Below, one piece after another: positions 17,673 to 25,737 of a stretch of 64,000 nucleotides of DNA (positions are counted from its first letter, which is position 1; the number at the start of each line of letters is the position of its first letter). The translations under genes were made by a program, and so were the position numbers. A model generated the notes under the pieces. The model worked only from the letters and a program-made list of their open reading frames with translations, ran no database searches and was not told the DNA's origin. This DNA is from Elusimicrobia bacterium GWA2_51_34 (GTDB lineage Bacteria > Elusimicrobiota > Elusimicrobia > Elusimicrobiales > UBA9959), in assembly GCA_001799565.1 (NCBI GenBank), contig MGTS01000042.1:157793-221792 (forward strand), written 5' to 3'.

Positions 17673-18023
17673 CTAAAGACTTTTATAGAAACACCACAAC
17701 AAACGGCCTGTCTCACACCTTAACGTCTCAACCTCAGCAAAAACTTTTTCCGGCAAATATCCCACGTCTTTACAAAACTCAAGCAGGTATTCGGTCTCGG
17801 CAAGAGAACCAAGAGCTATGTTTGCAAACTGCTTTAATTCTTTATTCCCTTGCCTACCGGTTCCCTCAACTATATTCACAGGCACAGATAGTGCGGCACG
17901 CCTCAACTGGCTTGTAACCCCATAAACTTCATCTTTTGGAAAAGACGATGTAGCGGCATAAACGGCCTTTGCCAATGCATCCGCTTTCTTCCATACCTCA
18001 AGCTTTTTGTATCCCTTTTCCAC
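17673..18023 (-). CDS. Four-helix-bundle protein (23S rRNA intervening-sequence protein / Avd family), paralog 2
   Basis: 116 aa with GTG start. Same hallmark pattern (LEVWKKA...FPKDEVYGVTSQLRRAALSVPVNIVEGTGR...GSLAE). Confidence 0.85.
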   Translation of the reverse strand: MEKGYKKLEVWKKADALAKAVYAATSSFPKDEVYGVTSQLRRAALSVPVNIVEGTGRQGNKELKQFANIALGSLAETEYLLEFCKDVGYLPEKVFAEVETLRCETGRLLWCFYKSL

Positions 18024-18052
18024 GCTTATCCCTTCTGATTTCTGTCTTGTGA

Positions 18053-18225
18053 CAACATAAATTCTGCTACTTGTGACCTGTGACTTGTGACAACAGAAAT
18101 TCTGCTACTTGTGACCTGTGACTTGTGTCTTGTGACAACAGAAATTCTGCTACTTGTGACCTGTGACTTGTGTCTTGTGACAACAGAAATTCTGCTACTT
18201 GTGACCTGTGACTTGTGTCTTGTGA
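18053..18225. repeat. Tandem array, one 38-nt plus three 45-nt units (caacagaaattctgctacttgtgacctgtgacttgtgtcttgtga)
   Basis: Units start at 18053, 18091, 18136 and 18181. The three full units are identical or nearly identical. Each contains a GTCACAR-dialect arm. Confidence 0.9.
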
Positions 18226-18226
18226 C

Positions 18227-18254
18227 AGCAAAATGAGCGAAAGCTCATTTTGCT
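18227..18254 (-). terminator. 12-bp stem with GAAA-type tetraloop right after the cyclase stop codon
   Basis: agcaaaatgagc-gaaa-gctcattttgct. There is no clean U-run beyond the stem, so it may be a stabiliser or processing hairpin rather than a terminator. Confidence 0.3.
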
Positions 18255-19069
18255 TACGCTGTCCAGGCCACTACCCGGCCCATGGCGGATTCCAACTCAA
18301 TGCCCTTCAGGGGGAAAAAGCCCAGCCAGCAGCGTTTATTGGATAGTTTGTCTATTTCTCCGCCGATATTCTCAGCGTGCACAAGACGCTTGGGGAACAG
18401 TTTCAGGTGCATTACCTGATAGTATTCTTCAAAAGGAAACATCTCATCCCATGCCTTACCGTAATTTACCTTAAGCTTGTGTTCGGCCTCCAGGAACAGC
18501 TTGGGATGCCAGTTGCGTATTATGGTGTTCATGGGATGATCGGCGGAACCGCAGTCCACGCCTATCCATTTAAATTTCATGGCCAGCGCCCACTTATGAA
18601 ATTTAGGGCCGGGGCCGGGGTGTTTGCAGAAATAACGCACCTCGTCGCAGACATTTTTTTCATACCACGCGTATTTGTGATAGCCGGTGTTGATTATTAA
18701 AATGTCTCCCTTACGGATATCGGCGCGCTTCATAAGCATTTCGGGCTCATAGAGATCGTAATCTCCGACATCTTTGGAAATATCAACAACAACCGCGTTT
18801 CCTATCCACTCATTCATGGGAACTTCACCTATGGTGCGGCCGGCGCTGTAGAAATGAATTTCGCCGTCCATGTGCGTGCCCACATGGTTGGAAGTCTTCA
18901 TTATCTGGCCGTTTGCGCCCTGCCCCATATGCGCGCCCGCTATGCGCTTGAAATACTGAAGCTGGAGCGGCATGTAGCTTGGCCAGGGGGGGGTGTGGAT
19001 GCTCAAAGGCTGGGTAAGGTCGTACATTTTCGCATGCTCCATTACTTTGATAAAGTCAGTGGGTTTCAT
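18254..19069 (-). CDS. Cyclase family protein (kynurenine/aryl-formamidase-like)
   Basis: 271 aa with the metal-binding motif HVGTHMDGEIH (HxGTHxDxxxH). Confidence 0.8.
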   Translation of the reverse strand: MKPTDFIKVMEHAKMYDLTQPLSIHTPPWPSYMPLQLQYFKRIAGAHMGQGANGQIMKTSNHVGTHMDGEIHFYSAGRTIGEVPMNEWIGNAVVVDISKDVGDYDLYEPEMLMKRADIRKGDILIINTGYHKYAWYEKNVCDEVRYFCKHPGPGPKFHKWALAMKFKWIGVDCGSADHPMNTIIRNWHPKLFLEAEHKLKVNYGKAWDEMFPFEEYYQVMHLKLFPKRLVHAENIGGEIDKLSNKRCWLGFFPLKGIELESAMGRVVAWTA

Positions 19070-19089
19070 ATTTTTTCCTCCGTAAAAAA

Positions 19090-19250
19090 TGCCATAAGCC
19101 GTAAGTTTCAGATACGGCTATTTGCCATAAGCCATAGGCAGAAAGACTGCCATAAGCTTTACGCCATATGCCATAGGCTTGTAAGGAACTCCTTAAAAGC
19201 TTACGGCCTATGGCGGGTGCGGCGCCCTTATGGCCTACGGCGTAACAAAG
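19090..19250. repeat. Hairpin, CCATARGC dialect, AAGGAACTCCTT loop
   Basis: Left part gccataagccgtaagtttcagatacggctatttgccataagccataggc..., loop gtaaggaactccttaaaagc, right arm ttacggcctatggcgg..cttatggcctacgg. Homologous in reverse orientation to 27403... Confidence 0.8.
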
Positions 19251-19336
19251 CGATAGACGCTTTGTTACTATGAATTTTAACAAATGCGGGAGGGGGGTTC
19301 AATGTAAGAAAAATTCAACTCTGGCTCTCTTTATAT

Positions 19337-19367
19337 TGGATTCCTGCCAAAAACTTGCAGGAATGAC
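19337..19367 (-). repeat. Small palindromic element GTCATTCCYGC-N8-9-GCRGGAATCC
   Basis: Reverse complement reads gtcattcctgcaagtttttggcaggaatcca. A second copy is at 28275-28305. Confidence 0.6.
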
Positions 19368-19460
19368 AATCCTCAGTCACGGACAGCGCCATAGGCCCGC
19401 GACAAGCCAGTGTCACTGGAGGTGCCGTCTCAAAGGCCTATGGCCCTCAAACGGCCAGCG
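19367..19460 (+). repeat. ~95-nt palindromic element, intergenic copy A
   Basis: caatcctcagtcacggacagcgccataggcccgcgacaagccagtgtcactggaggtgccgtctcaaaggcctatggccc... is about 90 percent identical by eye to 40611-40706 inside yidC. Confidence 0.8.
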
Positions 19461-19496
19461 CGAATGATGGGTTTATCGAATATTTACGCGGACGGG

Positions 19497-20300
19497 TTAT
19501 TCGTAAAAATTAAACCGCCAGCCGAGGCCGAGCCCGAAACGCAGGTTTTCCAGTTTTTCAGCCAGCGGCCCCGCAAGCTTTTTGTCGCCATCGGGAAGCC
19601 AGATTTTCTCATATATCAGGTAAAGGGAAGCCGCAAAACCGCGGTTTATCAAAGCGGGCGCGCTCAAACTGATTTGAAGGCCGGGGGAAAAAAGAAGGCC
19701 ATACGAAGCGGCCCGCTCGCTAAAGGCGGAATTATCCGCCAAAACACAGTCAACGGAATAGAACCGGTAAATACCTCCTGCACCCGCAAGCAAAGAAAAG
19801 TTTGCGAATTCACCCTGATAAAGCTCGCGGCCGAAATAAAGCGTAAGCGAGCGCGTTCTTGTTCTAAAACTATTCACCGCGTCCGAAGAATAGGTAACCG
19901 TGCTGTGCTCTATTATAACGGAAGTTATATTTTCTTTAACGTTAACGCCATTAGCGCGTAAAAAAGAGCCTTCATCTTTTATCGCAGGCAGGGCTGAGTC
20001 GCTGTATAAAAGCCGGAATGATCTTTTACTTTTGCCTGAACCCAGTTCAAAAGCCGGCAAACCGCGCAGGCTGTCATGGAAAAATATCAACTGCGCGGTC
20101 CAGTCGCGCTTAAATAATCCCCTGGGGGCGATTACTCCCTGCAAAGTTCCGGGCGCGTTTAAATCCAGAGAGGGGGAAATTCTTTCAGGAACCCGAGCGG
20201 AAGAAGTGGAGAGAGGAACGGCATATTCCGCAAAAACCGGGATTGAAACAAGAAAACACACTATAATTGAAAAAACAAAAACACCTTTGTATAGGAGCAT
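19497..20300 (-). CDS. Hypothetical secreted / outer-membrane-like protein
   Basis: 267 aa with an N-terminal hydrophobic signal-like segment and an aromatic-rich C-terminus (WRFNFYE). No family recognised. Confidence 0.55.
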   Translation of the reverse strand: MLLYKGVFVFSIIVCFLVSIPVFAEYAVPLSTSSARVPERISPSLDLNAPGTLQGVIAPRGLFKRDWTAQLIFFHDSLRGLPAFELGSGKSKRSFRLLYSDSALPAIKDEGSFLRANGVNVKENITSVIIEHSTVTYSSDAVNSFRTRTRSLTLYFGRELYQGEFANFSLLAGAGGIYRFYSVDCVLADNSAFSERAASYGLLFSPGLQISLSAPALINRGFAASLYLIYEKIWLPDGDKKLAGPLAEKLENLRFGLGLGWRFNFYE

Positions 20301-20347
20301 TTGTCCGTCACCCCCAAAAAGCAGCCTGAACCTGACAACCTGAGCAG

Positions 20348-22084
20348 TTACTTTAGTTCCGCCAGTTTGGAGGGAAGTTCGGAAAGTTTCCAGCGCACCG
20401 CTGTCTTTTCAGCGCGCTTTTTAAATTCGCACTCGCCGTCCTTCAAAGTTTTGGCGCTTACAACAATACGATACGGCAGACCGATAAGATCCGCGTCCTT
20501 GAACTTTACTCCGGGCCGCTCGTTGCGCTCGTCCCAAAGAACCGAGAATCCGGCGGCGTGTATCTGTTCGTAAACTTTCAGGGACTGCGCCATTGAATCT
20601 GTATCTTCCGTTTCAATGGTAACCAGGGAGAATTCAAAAGGCGCGATGGCCGGCGGCCAGATTATACCCCACTCGTCGTGAAACTGCTCTATCGCGGCGG
20701 CAACGGTTCTAGAAACCCCGATACCGTAGCAACCCATCACCATAAGCGACGATTTCTGGCGCTCATCCAAAAACTCGCACTTCAGGGATTTTGAATATTT
20801 GGTGCCTAGCTTGAAGGTCTGCCCTACTTCTATACCGCGCTTAAACTCAAACGGCTTCCTGCAATTGGGACACATATCGCCTTCAGCCGCCACGCGCAAA
20901 TCGGCAAAGCTGTCAGGGTTGTAATCGCGGCCTATGTTCACGCCGGTGGTGTGCGTATCGTTCCGGCACGCGCCGGAAACTCCGTTAAACACGCCTTTAA
21001 GAGCGTAATCGGCTATAACTGTTTTAAGCGGCTTGGTATCCTTACCCGGGACATATTTATTTTTTATATCAACAGGGCCGGCAAAGCCGGCGGGACACCC
21101 GGCTATGGCTTCGTAAATATTCTGCGGAGCTTTTTCAAGCCCGGTAACGCCCAGGGCGCGGCGCAGCTTGTTTTCATTAAGTTCGTGGTCGCCGCGCACC
21201 AAAGCCATTACCGGTTCTCCGTCGGCAAGAAAAAACAGCGTCTTTATGAACTGCTTTTTATTCACTTTAAGGAATTTAGCCACCTCATCAACGGTATAAA
21301 GGCCGGGTGTGGCCACATCCGTAAGCGGATGGAATTTAGACGGATCGGCCTTCCTCTCCGGCATTTCAGCCACGGCGGCTTTTTCAGTGTTGGCGGCATA
21401 TCCACAAGCCGGGCAAAGGGCTATTTCAGCCTCGCCGGTGTTGGCTATCACCATAAATTCGTGCGAATGGTTGCCGCCTATCGGACCGCTGTCGGCTTCA
21501 ACGGGTTTGAAGCCAAGTCCGCACCGGCGGAAAATGCGCTCATAGGCGCCGTACACAAGGCCGTACCACTTTTCGCAATCCTGCTCGGAAGCGTGGAAAG
21601 AATAGGCGTCTTTCATCAAAAATTCCCGCGCGCGCATTACCCCGAAGCGCGGCCGTATTTCGTCGCGGAATTTGAGGCCGAACTGGTAAAGCATTATGGG
21701 CAGCTGCCGGTAAGAACTGACGTCGCGGCGCACCATGTTAGTAATAACCTCTTCGGCGGTGGGGGCAAAGCAGAATTCAGAATCTTTTCTGTCTTTGATA
21801 CGCAAAAGCTCCTTGCCGTAGATCTGCCAGCGGCCCGTTTCCATCCACAGCTCTTTGGGCTGTATGACCGGCAGCCACACTTCCTGTCCGCCTATGGCGT
21901 CAAGTTCTTCGCGCACGATATTTTCAACTTTCCTGAGCACCCGCAATCCCAGCGGCAGCCACTCGTAAATACCGCTGGCAAGCTTGCGTATCATGCCGGA
22001 ACGGAACATAAGTTTGACCGAAATATTATCCGCATCCTGCGGGGCTTCCCGAAGAGTGGGAAGAAAATAATTAGATAATTTCAT
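20348..22084 (-). CDS. proS: Proline--tRNA ligase (bacterial type with editing domain)
   Basis: 578 aa with class II aaRS motifs and an INS editing region. The N-terminus MKLSNYFLPTLREAP is typical of ProRS. Confidence 0.95.
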   Translation of the reverse strand: MKLSNYFLPTLREAPQDADNISVKLMFRSGMIRKLASGIYEWLPLGLRVLRKVENIVREELDAIGGQEVWLPVIQPKELWMETGRWQIYGKELLRIKDRKDSEFCFAPTAEEVITNMVRRDVSSYRQLPIMLYQFGLKFRDEIRPRFGVMRAREFLMKDAYSFHASEQDCEKWYGLVYGAYERIFRRCGLGFKPVEADSGPIGGNHSHEFMVIANTGEAEIALCPACGYAANTEKAAVAEMPERKADPSKFHPLTDVATPGLYTVDEVAKFLKVNKKQFIKTLFFLADGEPVMALVRGDHELNENKLRRALGVTGLEKAPQNIYEAIAGCPAGFAGPVDIKNKYVPGKDTKPLKTVIADYALKGVFNGVSGACRNDTHTTGVNIGRDYNPDSFADLRVAAEGDMCPNCRKPFEFKRGIEVGQTFKLGTKYSKSLKCEFLDERQKSSLMVMGCYGIGVSRTVAAAIEQFHDEWGIIWPPAIAPFEFSLVTIETEDTDSMAQSLKVYEQIHAAGFSVLWDERNERPGVKFKDADLIGLPYRIVVSAKTLKDGECEFKKRAEKTAVRWKLSELPSKLAELK

Positions 22085-22154
22085 AATAAAGCCTCCCAGA
22101 AAATTGATGCATAGATGCGTGGATGCGCGGCAATGTGGAAGTAAGAAGTTCCCG

Positions 22155-23252
22155 TCACCGGGAACTTCTTATCTTCCTGATAATTTCATTGACCCATTCG
22201 CTTTCTTTTACCACTTTGATCTGTTTGCCTTTCTCTATCCACACGCCCCTGCCCACGGCGCCCGCTATCCCAAAATCCGCCGAACGCGCCTCGCCCGGTC
22301 CGTTTACCACGCAGCCCATCACGGCAATCTTCAGGCCTTGCGAGCGCTTAAGAAGGGCCTTGTCGGAATAAATCCTGTCTTCAAGCTCGTGTATTATTTT
22401 GCTCACGCTCACCTGGCAGCGCCCGCAGGTGGGGCAGCTTATAAGGTTTGGGCCGTAAACGCGCAGCCCCAGGGCCTTTAAAATTTCATAAGCGGCGCGC
22501 ACCTGCATGACCGGGTCCTCGGTAAGCGACACGCGCACGGTATCACCCACTCCCTGGGAAAGCAGCAGACCTATGCCAAGCGAAGATTTCACCGTGCCGG
22601 AGAGAAAACTGCCGGCCTCTGTCACGCCAAGATGCAGCGGTATATCCGATTTTTCCGAAAAGAGCAAATTGGCCATTACCGTGCGCTCCAGATCGTCGGC
22701 TTTCAGCGAAACCACTATGTCGCCAAAATCCATATTTTCAAGAACGCGCGCCTGGTCCAGCGCCTCTTTAACCATCATCTTCGCCCACTCACCGGGTTCC
22801 CAACGCGGATTTGGATTGGTTTTAAGGGCGTTAAGCGAGCCTGCGTTTACGCCTATCCTTATGGGCACATCCGAAGACTTGCAGGCCCTGGCCACTTCCC
22901 TGACCTTGTCTCTGTCGCCTATATTTCCCGGGTTTATGCGTATTTTATCTACGCCCTGCCTTACGGCTTCAAGGGCCAGCCTGTGGTCAAAGTGAATATC
23001 CGCAACCAGCGGGATGCCTATGGCGCTTTTAATGCGGCCCAGGTTTTGGGCCGCTTCCATGTCGGGCACGGCCACCCTTATAATTTCGCAGCCCGCGTCT
23101 TCCAACCGGCGTATCTGGTCTACCGTGGCTTTAAGATTACGCGTGTCTGTGTTGCACATGGACTGCACTGAAACGGGGTTTGAGCCGCCTATAGCGAAGC
23201 GGCCCACTTTTACCGTCCTGGTTTTTTTGGTTTTGGAATGGCCGTGTGTCAT
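22155..23252 (-). CDS. ispG: 4-hydroxy-3-methylbut-2-en-1-yl diphosphate synthase
   Basis: 365 aa. IspG-like, with C-terminal 4Fe-4S cysteines (CPTCGRC ... GCVVNGPGE). Confidence 0.95.
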   Translation of the reverse strand: MTHGHSKTKKTRTVKVGRFAIGGSNPVSVQSMCNTDTRNLKATVDQIRRLEDAGCEIIRVAVPDMEAAQNLGRIKSAIGIPLVADIHFDHRLALEAVRQGVDKIRINPGNIGDRDKVREVARACKSSDVPIRIGVNAGSLNALKTNPNPRWEPGEWAKMMVKEALDQARVLENMDFGDIVVSLKADDLERTVMANLLFSEKSDIPLHLGVTEAGSFLSGTVKSSLGIGLLLSQGVGDTVRVSLTEDPVMQVRAAYEILKALGLRVYGPNLISCPTCGRCQVSVSKIIHELEDRIYSDKALLKRSQGLKIAVMGCVVNGPGEARSADFGIAGAVGRGVWIEKGKQIKVVKESEWVNEIIRKIRSSR

Positions 23253-24391
23253 GGCTGCGGCGCCCCGGAAACCGCGGCCGCCTTGCGCGCCTTGTGCGAA
23301 GTTATTATGCGGTTTATATCGCTATAGGTGGCAAATACCAGGATCCCTATCAGCATGGCTATGCCCATGGAATTAACCACCTGCATTATTTTTGGGGTGA
23401 CTTTTTTACCGGTCAGGCCTTCAAATATATAAAGGACAGCGTGCCCGCCGTCCAAAAGCGGGATCGGCAAAAGATTAAAAAAACCCACGGCCACGGAAAT
23501 CAAACCGATAAGAAAAATCAGGTCCGAAAATCCGCTGTGCGCCGCTTTGCTTACAATGTTCACTATGCCTATGGGACCGGCCAGATCGGGTTTTTCCTTG
23601 TGACGGATATTTGAAGCCAGAGATTTCACCGTAAAAGCGGTCCAGAACCAGCACTGGCCGGCGGCCATTTTACCGGATTTAAACAGGCCGATGCGAATGA
23701 ATGTCATACCGGGGGAAATGCCGATAACGCCTACGCGTTCGGGGCCCCTGGCTGTTTTAATTTTAACAGTCTTATTTTCAGTCCCGCGCTGGTATTTAAC
23801 AGCCACTTCCTTCTCAACTTTTGCGTGAATAAGCGCGGCCATCTTATCCCAGGCCGCCACCGGCGCGCCATCCACGGAAAGTATTCTGTCGCCTATTTTC
23901 AGGCCCGCTGTTTCGGCCGGGTAGCCCTGGGCTATCTCGCCTATAACCGGCTCATTTGAAGGCACGGGCTCCCCCGTAATAAATATTACCCCCGCGAAAA
24001 GCGCGAAAGCGAGGATATAATTCATGGTGGGGCCGGCAAAAACCACGGCGAGGCGGTAATACCAGGGCTTTGAAAAATATTCGTCCGCAGCCCCGGTAGC
24101 CTCTTCCATATTTTCTCCGGCGGGTTTTACATAACCGCCAAGGGGAATGGCGCGCAGACTGTAGCGCGTGACGCCGTAAGTGCGGCCAAAAAGCTCCGGC
24201 CCGAAACCAAAAGAGAAAGCCTCCACTTTTATTTTCACAAGTTTACAGACAATAAAATGGCCGAACTCATGCAGAAAAATAACCAGCCCGAAAGTGAAAA
24301 GCACCGCTATTATTGATACTCCTCCATCTTTCAGGAACGCGAATGAAGGAGCATGAAAACCAAATAAAGCCAGAGTTCCGGATGTAAACAT
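23249..24391 (-). CDS. rseP: RIP metalloprotease RseP (site-2 protease)
   Basis: 380 aa with an HEFGH zinc motif, a PDZ region and multiple TM segments. 4-nt overlap with ispG. Confidence 0.9.
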   Translation of the reverse strand: MFTSGTLALFGFHAPSFAFLKDGGVSIIAVLFTFGLVIFLHEFGHFIVCKLVKIKVEAFSFGFGPELFGRTYGVTRYSLRAIPLGGYVKPAGENMEEATGAADEYFSKPWYYRLAVVFAGPTMNYILAFALFAGVIFITGEPVPSNEPVIGEIAQGYPAETAGLKIGDRILSVDGAPVAAWDKMAALIHAKVEKEVAVKYQRGTENKTVKIKTARGPERVGVIGISPGMTFIRIGLFKSGKMAAGQCWFWTAFTVKSLASNIRHKEKPDLAGPIGIVNIVSKAAHSGFSDLIFLIGLISVAVGFFNLLPIPLLDGGHAVLYIFEGLTGKKVTPKIMQVVNSMGIAMLIGILVFATYSDINRIITSHKARKAAAVSGAPQP

Positions 24392-24395
24392 TTTT

Positions 24396-25574
24396 TTACC
24401 TCTTTTTTATATTCGCCGCTATACCGGCCGCTTTTTGCCGGGCCCAGCCGTCGGTTTCAACAGCCTCCGAAAGCGTTATCACTCCCGGTTTATGTTCATG
24501 GTGGGCAGAAAGCGTTTTCTCCACTATTACGGTTATGTCCGTGAAACGGACCGCGCCTCTTAAAAATTTTTCAACCGCCACTTCATTCGCGGCGTTGAGA
24601 ACCGCGGGATAGCCGCCTCCTTTTTTTCCCGCCCAAAGCGCGAGCTCAAGGCAGGGGAATTTTTTAAAATCAGGCCTCGCGAAATCAAGCTTGGCGAGCT
24701 TAAAGAAATCAAGCGGCTTCACAGGCGAACGGCGCCTCTGCGGCCAGGTAAGCGCGTATTGTATGGGGAGGCGCATGTCAGGCCAGGACAGCTGGGCCAG
24801 CACAGAACCATCCACAAATTCCACGCCCGAATGCATTACCGACTGCGGATGTATGAGCACCTGTATTTTTCCAAGCGGCACGGAAAATAAGTTCGCTATT
24901 TCTATGGCCTCAAGCCCTTTGTTCATAAGCGTGGCCGAATCCACGGTAATTTTGGGGCCCATGCTCCAGCGGGGATGGTTAAGCGCCTCTTTAACGGTCA
25001 CAGTTGAAAATTTCGTCTTGCGCGCGTAGAAAGGCCCGCCCGAAGAGGTCAGAAAAATCCTTGAAACCGCGGAGTTGTAATCGCCGTCTTTCACTCCGGC
25101 AAGACACTGGAAAATAGCGGAGGGTTCCGAATCCACTGGAATAAGTTTCGCCTGCCAGCGCGCGGCCTCTCTCATCAGCGCCGGGCCGGCCATAACCATA
25201 GGCTCCTTGTTGGCAAGCGCTATGTGCTTTGAAGCCCTTATGGCGGCAACAAGCGGGGCAAACCCCACCGCGCCGGTAACGGCGTTAAGAACTATATCCG
25301 CGTCTTTAAGGGACGCCATTTCGCTTAAACCTTCCACACCCGGCGCGAGCAGTTTTACGCCTTGCGGCAGAAGGCCTTTAAGGCGTTGCGAGGCGTCATA
25401 GTCAAAAACTGAAACATAACGGGGACGAAAAGCCCTGACCTGGGCCAGCAGTTCTTCAAGGTTTGAATTGGCGGAAAGGCCGAACGCTTTGTAGCCGGCG
25501 CCCAGTTTTTTAACGGCGCTCAGCGCGTTTTTGCCTATGGAGCCGGTGGAGCCCAGAATAACTATTTTTTTCAT
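24396..25574 (-). CDS. dxr: 1-deoxy-D-xylulose 5-phosphate reductoisomerase
   Basis: 392 aa with N-terminal GSTGSIG NADPH-binding motif. Lies in the conserved dxr-rseP context. Confidence 0.95.
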   Translation of the reverse strand: MKKIVILGSTGSIGKNALSAVKKLGAGYKAFGLSANSNLEELLAQVRAFRPRYVSVFDYDASQRLKGLLPQGVKLLAPGVEGLSEMASLKDADIVLNAVTGAVGFAPLVAAIRASKHIALANKEPMVMAGPALMREAARWQAKLIPVDSEPSAIFQCLAGVKDGDYNSAVSRIFLTSSGGPFYARKTKFSTVTVKEALNHPRWSMGPKITVDSATLMNKGLEAIEIANLFSVPLGKIQVLIHPQSVMHSGVEFVDGSVLAQLSWPDMRLPIQYALTWPQRRRSPVKPLDFFKLAKLDFARPDFKKFPCLELALWAGKKGGGYPAVLNAANEVAVEKFLRGAVRFTDITVIVEKTLSAHHEHKPGVITLSEAVETDGWARQKAAGIAANIKKR

Positions 25575-25587
25575 CTTTAATGAAGAG

Positions 25588-25718
25588 ATTACAGCGATAA
25601 CATACGGCGATTACAGTGATAGATGAACCAACAATTTGTTAACCTGATATTTCTTATTATCGCTGTCGTCTCTTTACCCATCGCCGTAATCCCTGCGTTC
25701 TTTATCGCTGTAATCATA
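25588..25718. repeat. Hairpin with GATTACAGCG/CGCTGTAATC-type arms
   Basis: Left arm agattacagcgataacatacggcgattacagtgataga. Right arm tattatcgctgtcg...catcgccgtaatcc...ttatcgctgtaatc. Followed by stem gggctgc-ttttca-gcagccc at the cdsA stop. Confidence 0.7.
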
Positions 25719-25737
25719 GGGCTGCTTTTCAGCAGCC

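Noticed and set aside
16271-18023. Diversity-generating retroelement, because Avd proteins belong to the same four-helix-bundle family
   Set aside because: There is no reverse transcriptase gene and no template/variable repeat pair with adenine-specific differences anywhere in the window.
18053-18225. Possible CRISPR array (regularly spaced 45-nt periodicity with palindromic content)
   Set aside because: The whole 45-nt unit repeats, with no unique spacers between repeats. No cas genes are nearby. The units are arms of the hairpin family.
19270-19961. Track ORFs 19270-19467 and 19410-19961 (plus) and 19056-19283 (minus)
   Set aside because: They are translations of the repeat mosaic or antisense to the 19497-20300 gene. 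The same peptide strings recur wherever the repeats recur, for example 40654-40863.
20951-22078. 375-aa plus-strand ORF
   Set aside because: It is antisense to proS and has the same artefact pattern.
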